A stretch of DNA of 64,000 nt, from positions 9-64,008 of the IMG/VR virus record IMGVR_UViG_3300010389_000013. One strand, written 5' to 3'. Numbering within the stretch: position 1 is the stretch's first letter; every line of letters begins with the position of its first letter. The notes under the pieces are model-generated. The model saw nothing but the letters and a program-made list of their open reading frames with translations. It did not search any database and was not told the origin of the DNA. Below are positions 8,943 through 19,000 of this stretch, one piece after another. This DNA is from a virus. The translations under genes were made by a program, and so were the position numbers.

Positions 8943-8969
8943 TGGAGGAGAAAGCGAGTGAACTAGAGT

Positions 8970-8998
8970 AATTTAGCAGAGAAAGGGCAGAATGTCAA
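8970..8998 (-). promoter_or_regulatory. sigma70-like early promoter
   Basis: TTGACA-17-TAAATT on the minus strand. Confidence 0.65.
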
Positions 8999-9432
8999 CG
9001 CTGGTACAGGTAACCACCTGCCCAATCGCAGTTCTTCAGCACGTCTTCACGCTGAGAGATGATGCGGAGATCAAAACGGACACCCTTGGCAGGTGCTTTG
9101 AAAGAGGCAGACTTGTACAGTTCACCAGTCTTCTTGTCAACAAATGCGTGGACAGAGCGAGAACCAGACTCAGTAACCATGATGATCTTGTGGTACTTGC
9201 GACCAGACTCTACAATGAACTTGTAGTGGTCACCATTCTTGATGTTCTCAATCTGCTGCTCATGAAACTCACGGTTGGAGGTAGCAGCGAAGAACTTCTG
9301 ACGCTTGATGCTGCTCTCAATGTAGTCCTGCTCCAGGGCATCACAGAGCATCAGGGACCACTTGCGGACATTCAGTTCAATGGTGTTGCGAGCATCAGCG
9401 GTGGCACAGAAGTCAGCGAAGGTGGCGGTCAT
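8995..9432 (-). CDS. conserved hypothetical phage protein
   Basis: Start reassigned to MTATFAD; contains SVHAFVDKKTGELYKSASFKAPAKGVRF, a motif I recall from T4-like phages. Confidence 0.75.
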   Translation of the reverse strand: MTATFADFCATADARNTIELNVRKWSLMLCDALEQDYIESSIKRQKFFAATSNREFHEQQIENIKNGDHYKFIVESGRKYHKIIMVTESGSRSVHAFVDKKTGELYKSASFKAPAKGVRFDLRIISQREDVLKNCDWAGGYLYQR

Positions 9433-9704
9433 GGGGTCCGTTGCGTTGATGTAACTAGTATAGGGTCTAGGAGAGCAGTTCAAGCACCTCGTGGGACAGT
9501 TCCTCAACTGGCATGTCCTTCTCAACCTCAATCACGTCGTATTCTTCGTCCAGTTGATCCAGGAGCCAGCGGTCAAGCATTACTTCATTCATGGTTCAAA
9601 AAAGGGTGAGTTGTTCAAAGTTAATGTGGTCACAGCAAGAGTCATCGTCTTGCAAATCTAGCATGTCGGTGTCAACATGCTTGAGGAGTTTGCCGAAGAG
9701 AAAG

Positions 9705-9977
9705 TCAACAAACTCCTGATTCTGTTGGTTGATCATCGGTCTTCCTGATGGTCTTGGAGAAATCTAGGTTAGCATGGTATACGATGTTGAACCTATCGCA
9801 TACCTCTTTGAGTGACGGATCTTGTTTTGGCACTGGTTTGTGACCAGCAGCACGTAGTTCACGCCAAGATAGCACGTCACCGTGAGGACGTTGTGCTTTG
9901 TAAAATGGTTCCAGGGCAGCATACTCACGTACAGTGAGTGTATGTCGTGGCGGCAAAGAACCTTGTTTCATCGGCAA
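9705..9977 (-). CDS. hypothetical protein
   Basis: 90-aa ORF. Confidence 0.6.
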   Translation of the reverse strand: MPMKQGSLPPRHTLTVREYAALEPFYKAQRPHGDVLSWRELRAAGHKPVPKQDPSLKEVCDRFNIVYHANLDFSKTIRKTDDQPTESGVC

Positions 9978-10112
9978 TCTGGGTGTGGTTGTGGTAGTGT
10001 AGCACAGATGCGGGAGATACGCTCCATCTGTTCAATGTTACTCTCTCCTTGATAGACCATCTTCATCATGGTCATGGAAGCAAGAACGAGAAATACTACA
10101 AAGAGAGGATTT

Positions 10113-10280
10113 TTAAAAGACATTAGTCCACTTGGTGTGGTTTGCTTTGGTGATACGTCCTTCTGCTAACATGTTATCACACACATTACAGAAGACTTGG
10201 AACTTCTCTTCACGGTTGAGCACATGCGGTTGAGCACATGTGGCAATCACCTTGAGCATTTGTGCTTTGGAAGTAATCAT
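10113..10280 (-). CDS. hypothetical protein (MITSKAQMLKVI...)
   Basis: 55-aa ORF read by hand, TGATG-coupled. Confidence 0.6.
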   Translation of the reverse strand: MITSKAQMLKVIATCAQPHVLNREEKFQVFCNVCDNMLAEGRITKANHTKWTNVF

Positions 10281-10438
10281 CAGAAGTTCAGGTAAGTGTT
10301 GTCAGGATAGATGCCCATTTCTTCACAACGGCACTCGTAAGCAATACGCTTAAGCATCTCAATGTCCATCTCTTCAATGCTCTGGAGAATGGTGCGACGG
10401 AGTTGAAGGTCAATGGTGTCGTCAGTGATCATGGGCAT
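10280..10438 (-). CDS. hypothetical protein (MPMITDDTIDLQL...)
   Basis: 52-aa ORF read by hand, downstream of a TATACT -10. Confidence 0.6.
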   Translation of the reverse strand: MPMITDDTIDLQLRRTILQSIEEMDIEMLKRIAYECRCEEMGIYPDNTYLNF

Positions 10439-10860
10439 GGGGTTGTTCCCTTGACTACCTTAGTAGTATAGAGTCAATCCATCTCACATGCGAGGTAGCC
10501 TAGACACTTCACCAAGTGTCCCTCAACCTCAGAATCTGACAGACCATGGCGGGATGCTGTCTCACGCACAGTGGCGATGGGAGCACCCCACATCAGGTCA
10601 ATCAGAAACTTCAGTTCAGGGGCAGTCAGGGGGACTTCAGCGGTCTTCATAGGGCAGAGGGGTCACAGGGGCATTACAGGCGATCCTAGAGGGGTCTCAG
10701 CGTCATTCTCCCATGATGGGGATCACGTCAACCGTGCTAACGTCGGGATCTTGTTGGATATTCTTTACGAAATGCAGTACATCTTCATCATTAAACATGA
10801 CAACAGACTGACGCTTACTGTGCATACGGTCTTGACGTTGCCACCACTCAATGCGATACT

Positions 10861-11232
10861 TCATAGATGAGAACCTTTTTGGAATTTGTGAATGTCACCA
10901 AGAGTGACGTGGGCAGCATACTCATAGGAGGTGGTGCCGTCATCATTATACACTGGATTCTGCTGTGCGGGAAGATTCTTTACAAAGTCATTGAGATCAA
11001 CTTCACGATGTCCCATCATAAGAGACCTGAGAGCAACTGCCTTGTCCATTTCTTTTTTGTGATAATCTATCACATCCTGCACACAAGATAGCATCTCTTC
11101 ATATGTCTGTCGTGCAGATACTTTGTCATCTTGGAGGTAATCATCAATCGCATCTTGCATACGATTTTTACGCTGCTTTGCATACTCAGCGTTCCAATCA
11201 ACGTTCAATTCAGGGCGTCCTTCAATAGTCAT
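10861..11232 (-). CDS. hypothetical protein
   Basis: 123-aa ORF. Confidence 0.7.
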   Translation of the reverse strand: MTIEGRPELNVDWNAEYAKQRKNRMQDAIDDYLQDDKVSARQTYEEMLSCVQDVIDYHKKEMDKAVALRSLMMGHREVDLNDFVKNLPAQQNPVYNDDGTTSYEYAAHVTLGDIHKFQKGSHL

Positions 11233-11498
11233 AATCAGAATTTAATGGATCTCCATTCTAGTTGGTATACTGCATCAATGTCAACTAAATTGCGGGAAAC
11301 GTAATCTTTCATTTCCTTACGATTGTACATCAGAATCGCTGGTCTCTCGTCCAGAAACTCTATCCTCCACACTTCGGGTTTCGCTTTCATTTTGTTTTAC
11401 CACAGTGTCGTTATTATGTAGACCTAGTTGGCGTCTTTTTTCATATAAGTCAGGGTGGGGTGCATAGAGCGGACCCTGATAATCTTTCTTCTCCATAG

Positions 11499-12098
11499 TT
11501 ACCTCCATACTGGACCAGTGAACCACCCAACTAGTGCATGTCTGACACCACGTGTGATTGGTGATACTTTATGAGACTGTCTTGAATCAAACAAAACTAG
11601 TGTACCTCGCTCTCTTGATTGTTTGGTGTTCTTTTCTGACTCACTGACGCGGAACATTAGATCTCCACCATCATAGTCATCACTATCTGATAGTTGTAGA
11701 GAGAACGATAACTTACGCACCGTCTCTTTCTTCTGTGTCACATAGTAAAGATTGCGTGACTCATCATTGTGCCAATCATAATGTCCTCCTTCAGTATACA
11801 CTGAGTATTGAAAGTGACCACCACTGATGCCAGAAATATCATAGCGAAAGTGTTGATCATTAAGGTGATTCACATAGTATGATACCATCCCAGCAACCCA
11901 CTCAGTCTCGGGAATCCAGTGAATGTCAGTCTTTCTCTGTATATCATCAGTTTCATATTTGAACTGCTGATCCTCTAGATTCCTGACGTGTGCCTCATGT
12001 GTCTCTCTGCTACCATACTGATTGACAATAGCATCACACACATCTTTAGGCAGACGTGTTTGTACTGATATGACTACGCTGTTGATGGTTACATCCAT
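11499..12098 (-). CDS. 2OG-Fe(II) oxygenase (prolyl-hydroxylase-like)
   Basis: YDWHND, RKLSFSLQLS, YDGGDL, HKVSPITRGVRHALVGW. Confidence 0.9.
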   Translation of the reverse strand: MDVTINSVVISVQTRLPKDVCDAIVNQYGSRETHEAHVRNLEDQQFKYETDDIQRKTDIHWIPETEWVAGMVSYYVNHLNDQHFRYDISGISGGHFQYSVYTEGGHYDWHNDESRNLYYVTQKKETVRKLSFSLQLSDSDDYDGGDLMFRVSESEKNTKQSRERGTLVLFDSRQSHKVSPITRGVRHALVGWFTGPVWR

Positions 12099-12379
12099 TA
12101 CATGAAATTTAGTACAGTTGGTGTCAGTGGTTTGAGAATCTGCATCGCACTATATGGTGTGGTTTTATCAATGTCAACCACAGATCCTACTTGTTTTGAG
12201 TTGATTGGAGCGTGATATTGTTTTGTCTTTGGTTTGTAAAATCCCCATACTGATCTAACTTGCTCGGAAGTGTAGCTAAATTGATAGTGGTTAACACACC
12301 AAATACGAACAACACCACGCTTGGGAGTGTCAAATTCATAGGAATATCCTTGTGGTGGGACATGGGGAAACTCTATCAT
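12098..12379 (-). CDS. conserved cyanophage hypothetical protein
   Basis: MIEFPHVPPQGYSYEF...TTPYSAM. Confidence 0.75.
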   Translation of the reverse strand: MIEFPHVPPQGYSYEFDTPKRGVVRIWCVNHYQFSYTSEQVRSVWGFYKPKTKQYHAPINSKQVGSVVDIDKTTPYSAMQILKPLTPTVLNFM

Positions 12380-12621
12380 CAGCAGTACACGGGGGAGTAA
12401 TCAGAACCTTGGTATGCTTCAGTGTTGAAGTCAGAGACCTCAGCACCGTTGGCGAGATAGTTACGGATGTCGTAGAGAGCGTCAGACTTGACACGGGTGG
12501 AGAAGGAAGTCATCTGCTGAGAGATCTCTTCAGTGGGGTGCCAGATCACACGCTTGACGAAACGCTTGCCACCAGCGACAGGGAAGAAGTCAACCTGGGT
12601 GGCAGAGGTTTGGAGTTGCAT
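12379..12621 (-). CDS. hypothetical protein
   Basis: 80-aa ORF after a TATAAT promoter, coupled to the next gene. Confidence 0.75.
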   Translation of the reverse strand: MQLQTSATQVDFFPVAGGKRFVKRVIWHPTEEISQQMTSFSTRVKSDALYDIRNYLANGAEVSDFNTEAYQGSDYSPVYC

Positions 12622-12698
12622 GGGTGTCTCGTGATTACCTTGTAATTATAGGGGATGCGGGGACGACGCGGAAGGTCGGGTGGACAGTTCCACAACTG

Positions 12699-13235
12699 TC
12701 ACCACTCATCCACGCTCTTAACCCAAGGTTCTGCTAGAAGTGCTGCGACCTTGGTGCAGATGTAATCATCGTTACCAATCTTTCCGCCACCCTGCTGATG
12801 AGCAAACAGACCAGAGTCCAGGTTAGCAATGAAATCTTCCTTGCTGAACCACACCAGGCGAGCATCTTCCTCATCAGGATTGATGCCAAAGAAGATCAGA
12901 CGCTCCCAATCCTTATCACGAGAGATATGATTGATGATGAAAGAATCTTTCTTGACACCACCTTTCTTGTTACGAGTGGCAAGAGAGAATTTAATCTCAG
13001 TCAAGATACCATCAATCACACGGTCATGCCCTGCGGTAGATGTAGCGGCACGTTCAACAAGACACTGCTCTTCTTCCATATAGTGAGAGACAAATCGCTC
13101 ACCAAACTCACCCTTTTGTTTGGGTGACATGAACACATAACCTCGGAACATGGTATCATGCCAAGGATCTTGTGCGTTAGCGTCAATGTAGTCACGGAGA
13201 CCACTGTTTTCAATGAGAGTGTCAAACATAATCAA
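12699..13235 (-). CDS. PD-(D/E)xK restriction-endonuclease-like protein
   Basis: KGEFGERFV (helix Glu), GHDRVID, TEIKFS (D...ExK). Confidence 0.6.
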   Translation of the reverse strand: MIMFDTLIENSGLRDYIDANAQDPWHDTMFRGYVFMSPKQKGEFGERFVSHYMEEEQCLVERAATSTAGHDRVIDGILTEIKFSLATRNKKGGVKKDSFIINHISRDKDWERLIFFGINPDEEDARLVWFSKEDFIANLDSGLFAHQQGGGKIGNDDYICTKVAALLAEPWVKSVDEW

Positions 13236-13378
13236 TACTGTTCGCCGTCACGTGCTTTAGCGGGTACATGGGCAAGGTCAACAAATGCCATTGCTAGTTC
13301 AGAGAATGAGTTGGGCACTACCACAACACACAGACCAGCAAAAGCGATGCCTAGGCAAGTTCTCCAGAGATACTCCAT
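13232..13378 (-). CDS. small membrane protein (MEYLWRTCLGIAFAGL...)
   Basis: 48-aa ORF read by hand with a hydrophobic segment. Confidence 0.5.
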   Translation of the reverse strand: MEYLWRTCLGIAFAGLCVVVVPNSFSELAMAFVDLAHVPAKARDGEQY

Positions 13379-13448
13379 GAACTGGGGAAGCGTTTACCTT
13401 GTAAGTATAGCACAAAAAAAGGGCACCGCAGTGCCCCGTGACAGTTTT

Positions 13449-14030
13449 CTAACTGTCCTTCTTGTCTAGACGAATGTTATCTGGTGGTGTAACTATAAAA
13501 TTAAATGCAAAGATTGTCCGTGGTTTGTCGGATAGATTTGGTCTTGCAAAATGATCTGCATATGCAGGAAAAATAAACAATGATCCTTCCTTACAATTTG
13601 GTATCTCTATCTGTCTTTTGTTACCATCCCAGAAACTAGGAAGACTCTCATAGAATACAGTTGAGGTGTGAACTTCTGGATCAAAGTCCACATAACATGT
13701 TGCAGAGAACCCCTTGTATCCATGATTGTGTATTGCCTGCTCCATGTTTGTTCCAGATGTCTGTGACCATGCCATTGTAATATTATATCCAGCGGCACCA
13801 ATTTCTCTTCCAAACTGTTGAATTGACTCGCCAAATACTTCATTGGTAAATTCAGCAGCAGCACTTGTCCTCTCAGGATCAAACCTGATGGGATCGTAGT
13901 TGCTCAATGGTTGATAACTACCCTTGACATATGGATTCTTCTCCATAAATTCATAGATTCGTTCTTTCTTTTCTGCCCAATTATCCAACTGAATAAGAGA
14001 ACATGGCCACGGCATTAACTGTCTTATCAT
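13449..14030 (-). CDS. 2OG-Fe(II) oxygenase-like protein
   Basis: IHNH...FSATCYV, LFIFPAYADHFARPN...RTIFAFN. Confidence 0.8.
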   Translation of the reverse strand: MIRQLMPWPCSLIQLDNWAEKKERIYEFMEKNPYVKGSYQPLSNYDPIRFDPERTSAAAEFTNEVFGESIQQFGREIGAAGYNITMAWSQTSGTNMEQAIHNHGYKGFSATCYVDFDPEVHTSTVFYESLPSFWDGNKRQIEIPNCKEGSLFIFPAYADHFARPNLSDKPRTIFAFNFIVTPPDNIRLDKKDS

Positions 14031-14302
14031 TACTCCTCATCTACACGATCTACTGAGGCAATATCACAAACTGGCACCTCATGTTCACCACCAACAATAT
14101 ACCATGGCATCATCTGCCCATGATACTCAGGGTGTGCCTGATACTCTTCAGTATATTCAAAGTCACCGAGATACTTTAGTTCGCTTTCGGGAATATCGTG
14201 ATCGCGTAACATTGCTTGTAGCTGCAAGTGCAGTAGCTCGGGTTGCGTAGGTACTTTCATTAGATCTCCATTGTTTACGAAGTTGTTGGTATTTGGTATC
14301 AT
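14030..14302 (-). CDS. conserved cyanophage hypothetical protein
   Basis: HLQLQAMLRDHDIP motif; start uncertain. Confidence 0.65.
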   Translation of the reverse strand: MIPNTNNFVNNGDLMKVPTQPELLHLQLQAMLRDHDIPESELKYLGDFEYTEEYQAHPEYHGQMMPWYIVGGEHEVPVCDIASVDRVDEE

Positions 14303-14714
14303 ATGCTGCGAGATCTCTCACTCGCTTGAAGATTTGTGCTGCCCTTGCTTTTACATTCGTGAGGCAATCTTCCTCACAGGTAGATACACTCCCATTTTCT
14401 GCATATTTGCGTCCCGAAGAGTGATTGGCATACCGTCTGGCACGAGTGAATCCCATCTCAAGGAATTTCCTTGCCATGTCCATCCCAACGAAATCATTCC
14501 GTCGTTTATACTCACAGAACATCTCGTATATTTTATTAGAAGATGTAGTAGCCGTTTCTTCATCTACAAAACGCCAATGAGCACAAATGTCGTTAGTGTA
14601 AGGGCGAACCAATAGGACTCCTTGCTCTCCCCTTCCAATACGATAAAGTTTGCGAGTTTCTGTATCTGTAAAGTCAAGGTCCTCATAAGGAAGTTCATAA
14701 CAAAACTCAAGCAT
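14163..14714 (-). CDS. DUF4385-like protein
   Basis: YRIGRGEQGVLLVRPY...WRF...DMARKFLEMGFTRARRYANH. Confidence 0.85.
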   Translation of the reverse strand: MLEFCYELPYEDLDFTDTETRKLYRIGRGEQGVLLVRPYTNDICAHWRFVDEETATTSSNKIYEMFCEYKRRNDFVGMDMARKFLEMGFTRARRYANHSSGRKYAENGSVSTCEEDCLTNVKARAAQIFKRVRDLAAYDTKYQQLRKQWRSNESTYATRATALAATSNVTRSRYSRKRTKVSR

Positions 14715-14762
14715 GGTGTCCTACTGACGCTCTGCTACCCTAGCACAGGCGTCAGGGGGTTG

Positions 14763-15104
14763 TCAATAGTTCTGCCAGATAATATCTCCATATGGGTCAA
14801 CCACATATGCTTTGAAGAAGTGATCTGAGTCTGGACACTGAGACTCACGTGGGAACCAAGACCCAGCATTAAGAGATGCTACGGTTTCATCTTCAAATCT
14901 AATTGTGTTGAAAATACCCTGTTTAATGATATCCAAAACATAATCATCAACAAATTCCTCATACCATGCAGCAACAGTATCTTTAGTTGCCTGTGATAAT
15001 CTATTATAATCAGTGAGATCAAAATAAATTAGACAGCATTGATATCTCTGTGCATAAGATGCAACTAAATCATATAATTGCAATTCGTTTCCTTGAACAA
15101 TCAT
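14763..15104 (-). CDS. hypothetical protein at the end of the tail-fiber operon
   Basis: 113-aa ORF coupled to the upstream gene. Confidence 0.75.
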   Translation of the reverse strand: MIVQGNELQLYDLVASYAQRYQCCLIYFDLTDYNRLSQATKDTVAAWYEEFVDDYVLDIIKQGIFNTIRFEDETVASLNAGSWFPRESQCPDSDHFFKAYVVDPYGDIIWQNY

Positions 15105-16012
15105 GCTGCACCTCCATTTTGCTCATCAATCTGAGATTGTAAATGTGCGAGGAGCTCATCCAACCATATTTTTCTTTGATCTCTTTCTTCTTGTGTGAGA
15201 TCTTCTTCATCCATTGCTGGGGGTGGATTGGTTGCTTTCTCATATTCCAGGAGAAGAACACTGAAGTAATTGTTTTCAGTCAATGACTTCATGACAAGAT
15301 AGTTTGCAATCTTATCTCTGAATAGTTTCAGATAATGTCTACCAATAGGCAAGAACTGCTCATCAGTTGACAAATACTCAATGTCTGGGTTGTCAACAGC
15401 AAATACTTTTGTATAAAAATCGGGAGAAATGGGGAACTTAGTTCCCTCTGGGTTAGTTGAGAACTCAGTTGTATCTGTCAGATCTCTCAATTTAGATCTG
15501 TATAGCATATACATTTGCTTGCCAGCATCATCCAATGGACTATCTGCACCGATTGCCCAGTCAGTTTCTGACAACAGAAAGTTTCTAGCAAGACGCAGAG
15601 AGAATGGAGAAACTGCTTTCTGCTTTTGATACATTCTTGCCAGTTCTTGTTGGAACTCAGCATTTTCAATTGAATCAATTAAATAGAAACCTTCAACTAG
15701 TTTATTCTTGAGTTCTTCTGCTTCGGATACAGCAACCTGCTCCATTTCATAGTCAACCCACTGATATTCTCCTGTGGAGAAATTTTTCTTATACTTTCTA
15801 CGCTTAGCATAGAATGTATTGTTGGTGTACCAGTTAAACATAATGAGTTTATCCTTATCACTATCCCACAGAGGATAGAGGAAAGGCACTAGTTCATCAT
15901 TCCAGTAAGTTTCTGGAATAACTTTGATCGTTCCGTTGTAACTGATCTCTTGCTGAACTACATCAAGTTGCACCTGTAACACAGGCATATCAGCTGAATT
16001 AAAGGTTGACAT
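15101..16012 (-). CDS. tail fiber assembly chaperone-like protein
   Basis: RNFLLSETDW...YRSKLRDL resembles the tail-assembly-chaperone signature; follows the fiber genes. Confidence 0.65.
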   Translation of the reverse strand: MSTFNSADMPVLQVQLDVVQQEISYNGTIKVIPETYWNDELVPFLYPLWDSDKDKLIMFNWYTNNTFYAKRRKYKKNFSTGEYQWVDYEMEQVAVSEAEELKNKLVEGFYLIDSIENAEFQQELARMYQKQKAVSPFSLRLARNFLLSETDWAIGADSPLDDAGKQMYMLYRSKLRDLTDTTEFSTNPEGTKFPISPDFYTKVFAVDNPDIEYLSTDEQFLPIGRHYLKLFRDKIANYLVMKSLTENNYFSVLLLEYEKATNPPPAMDEEDLTQEERDQRKIWLDELLAHLQSQIDEQNGGAA

Positions 16013-16040
16013 ACTATCTAATATTAGTCTCCGAGTATAT

Positions 16041-19000
16041 TTAGAACGCTTTGATTAGGTACTTACAAAGTCTGTATGGGTGAATCAGAGGAATATCAAA
16101 ATCAGGATCCAATGTGGCTTGTGGTTCTACCTTGGTGGTTGACTTTAATGTAAGTCTTGCATCGGTAGCACCTACTCCAGAACTATATGTAATTGATGGT
16201 CCAGTCTCACCCTGAACAGTGTATGCTAGGGAGTCAACTGCTGGTTTGGAGATTGCACCAGCACTAGGAACAAATACCAACTCCGTTACTTTCTCTTTCC
16301 AGTAAATGATCTCCGCAATACCATAATGATCTGTTTCAGCATCATTATCATTTGCACCACTCACATTAGCACGTGGTTGCTCAATTTTAATTTTAGTATT
16401 ATTTTGCTTTGCTACTGCTGGTAATGCAACAGTATAAGTATACCACTTAGTATCACCAGAAGCACCATCCCATGATTCAGATACAGCAGGAACATCACCA
16501 ATGAGAGGATCTGTTCTAGTTGCATTTGGATTGATAATAGTATCAATTAGGTTCCAGGTTGTTGATCCTTCTAATTGATAATACATGCGAACAACTTCTT
16601 CTGGAGTATCACCACCATTGACTCCATTTCCTCTACATGCTTTGATAGAAATATAGTTTACATTTGATGTGTCAACTGGAACAATCTCAGCATATCTAGT
16701 TTTTGATGTTTGGTTGTTTAGACCACCAAATTTAAGATACTTTGTATATCTCTGAGAAGAATTACTTGCCAAAACAATCGCATCTACAGTTCCTGCTCCA
16801 ACATCAATTGTCGCCGTTGCAACAGTTTCCCCGCCAGCACCATTCAGAACATAAACATATGGTATCTCAGTATATCCACTACCACCAGAAGTTAAATTGA
16901 TTGCACCGACTGTACCATTACCTGTCAATACTGCTGTTGCTGTTGCACCAGATCCACCGCCACCAACGATTTTAACATCAGGAACTTGTGTTAGTGGTAG
17001 TTTGAAGTTGCCAGCAGTTCCAGTTCCTGCACCAGAACTATAGATATCAATATCCCAATCATCGGCGGTAGCAGAACCACGCTCTACAATATCACCGATT
17101 GATACTGTTGTATTACCACCCTCGTAACCAACAATCTTACCAAGACCAACTTTGACATATCCATTTCCACCATTAGCAGTAGATCCACTAGAACTACCAG
17201 ATGCAGATACACCAGCACCACCCTGTCCAACATAAATTTCTGCTGTTGATGGACTATCAAGATCGTTCCAGTTTACATTACCACTCCAAGCAGCAGCACC
17301 ACCGCCTCCACCACCACCAGGAGTCCAATAGTCGTTGTTATATGTAACAACCATTCTGACTTTTCCTGTTGTTCTCCCAGAAGTGGATAGATTTCCATTG
17401 GTAAAGTAGTCGGAACGATAAGAACTTACTCCAGTATTACCACATCCACCACCACCGTGACCACCATCACCAGCAGGACCACCACCAGGACCAGCAGAAC
17501 CACCACCGTTACCAGAACCACCGAAAGTTAGACCGTTGACGGCACAACCGCCTCCACCGCCGCCACCGCCGCCACCGACGCAACCATAGGCACCACCAGT
17601 ACCACCAGCACCAGCACCTAGAGGACTTGTAGTTGCCTGCAGTCCAACTGGTGCTCCACAACCGTTTGTACCAGCACCATTATCATATCCAGTAGCACCA
17701 GCACCGCCGCCGCCACCAGCACCAACGACAATTTGAGATCCTCTCAACAGAAGTGTTGATGCACCTCCAGCACCTCCATCAGCATCATTATGACCAGAAC
17801 CACCCGTTCCACCCCTTCCAGAGTGACTTGCAGTACCACCAGAAGGTTGACTATTGCTAGACTGTCCATCTCCACCATTATATCCAATTTGGACAGACCA
17901 CGTATTTTGTGCAAACGTGCTTAGTTGATCTGATCTCAGTTCAACATATACTCTTGAACCATAAGATCCAGACCATCCACCACGGGCATTACCGCCCTTT
18001 CCACCATGAACATAGAATGCAGCAGAAGTTGCATTAGTTACACCAGCAAGACTAAAACTACCATCACTGGTCCTTTCTGTATCTATAGTACCGCTCTGAC
18101 CACCAACGAATACGTTAACACCAGCACTACCAGCACCATAAAGAACTCCGTCTACACCACCACCAAGGAAACCCTGCAATCCACCAGTGTTTGGATTGTT
18201 GGGATAATCTGCATATGGATATCCATTTCCAGATACACCATTACCACCATCACTTCCATCTAAACCATCAGCACCGCCAGTTCCTTCTGAACCAGTTGAT
18301 GACTTAGTTCCACCATCCCCACCAAGTCCACCCTGTAATCCACTTGATCCATTACCTCTTTGTCCACCACCAGCAACGATATTAATAGCACTGCCATCAC
18401 CAATTTTTAAACTACTATTAGTTCCATTGTTTCCACTAATGGTTCCTGCAGCACCAGAACCACCGCCACCAACAACTTCATAGTTAAGAACCGATGGAGA
18501 TCCTGTAATATTACCTAGGTTGATATAATATGGACCACCAGGAGTTCCGAATGTCCACACATCAGAGTAGTCATAAATTGGCGTTCCACCAGTAACAACG
18601 TTTCTTCCACCAATGGTAGAATTAGACTGAAATCTCAAAAATTCTGGGTCTGGAATGAATGTCTGGAATTCATATGATCCAGCACCTTGAGCACCAGATG
18701 CCAGATAATACTGTTCAGATTCTGGTACTGTTGGGTCCTGAAGAGTTCCATTACCACCATCACCACCTTTATAATCAAAAACATCATATGTTGCAACCGT
18801 ATTGTCATCGTTTGGTAGTCTTAACAATCCATGTTTATGGGTGAAAACAGTACCAGTAGTTGGATACCATCTCGTAACTCTTCCACTGCCCAATCTATAA
18901 TCTTGAAGATATCTATCACCACTACTCTCTTTAATCCAACTCTCACCGCCAGGTATAGAGTGATACACACTATGACTATGCTGGAATACACCAGATAGTT

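Noticed and set aside
8992-9609. 205-aa plus-strand ORF
   Set aside because: Antisense to a conserved minus-strand gene; biased codon usage leaves the opposite strand open
17400-17760. GGN/CCA-rich tandem sequence as a CRISPR or DGR-type repeat
   Set aside because: Explained by poly-Gly coding; no repeat-spacer pattern and no reverse transcriptase in the window
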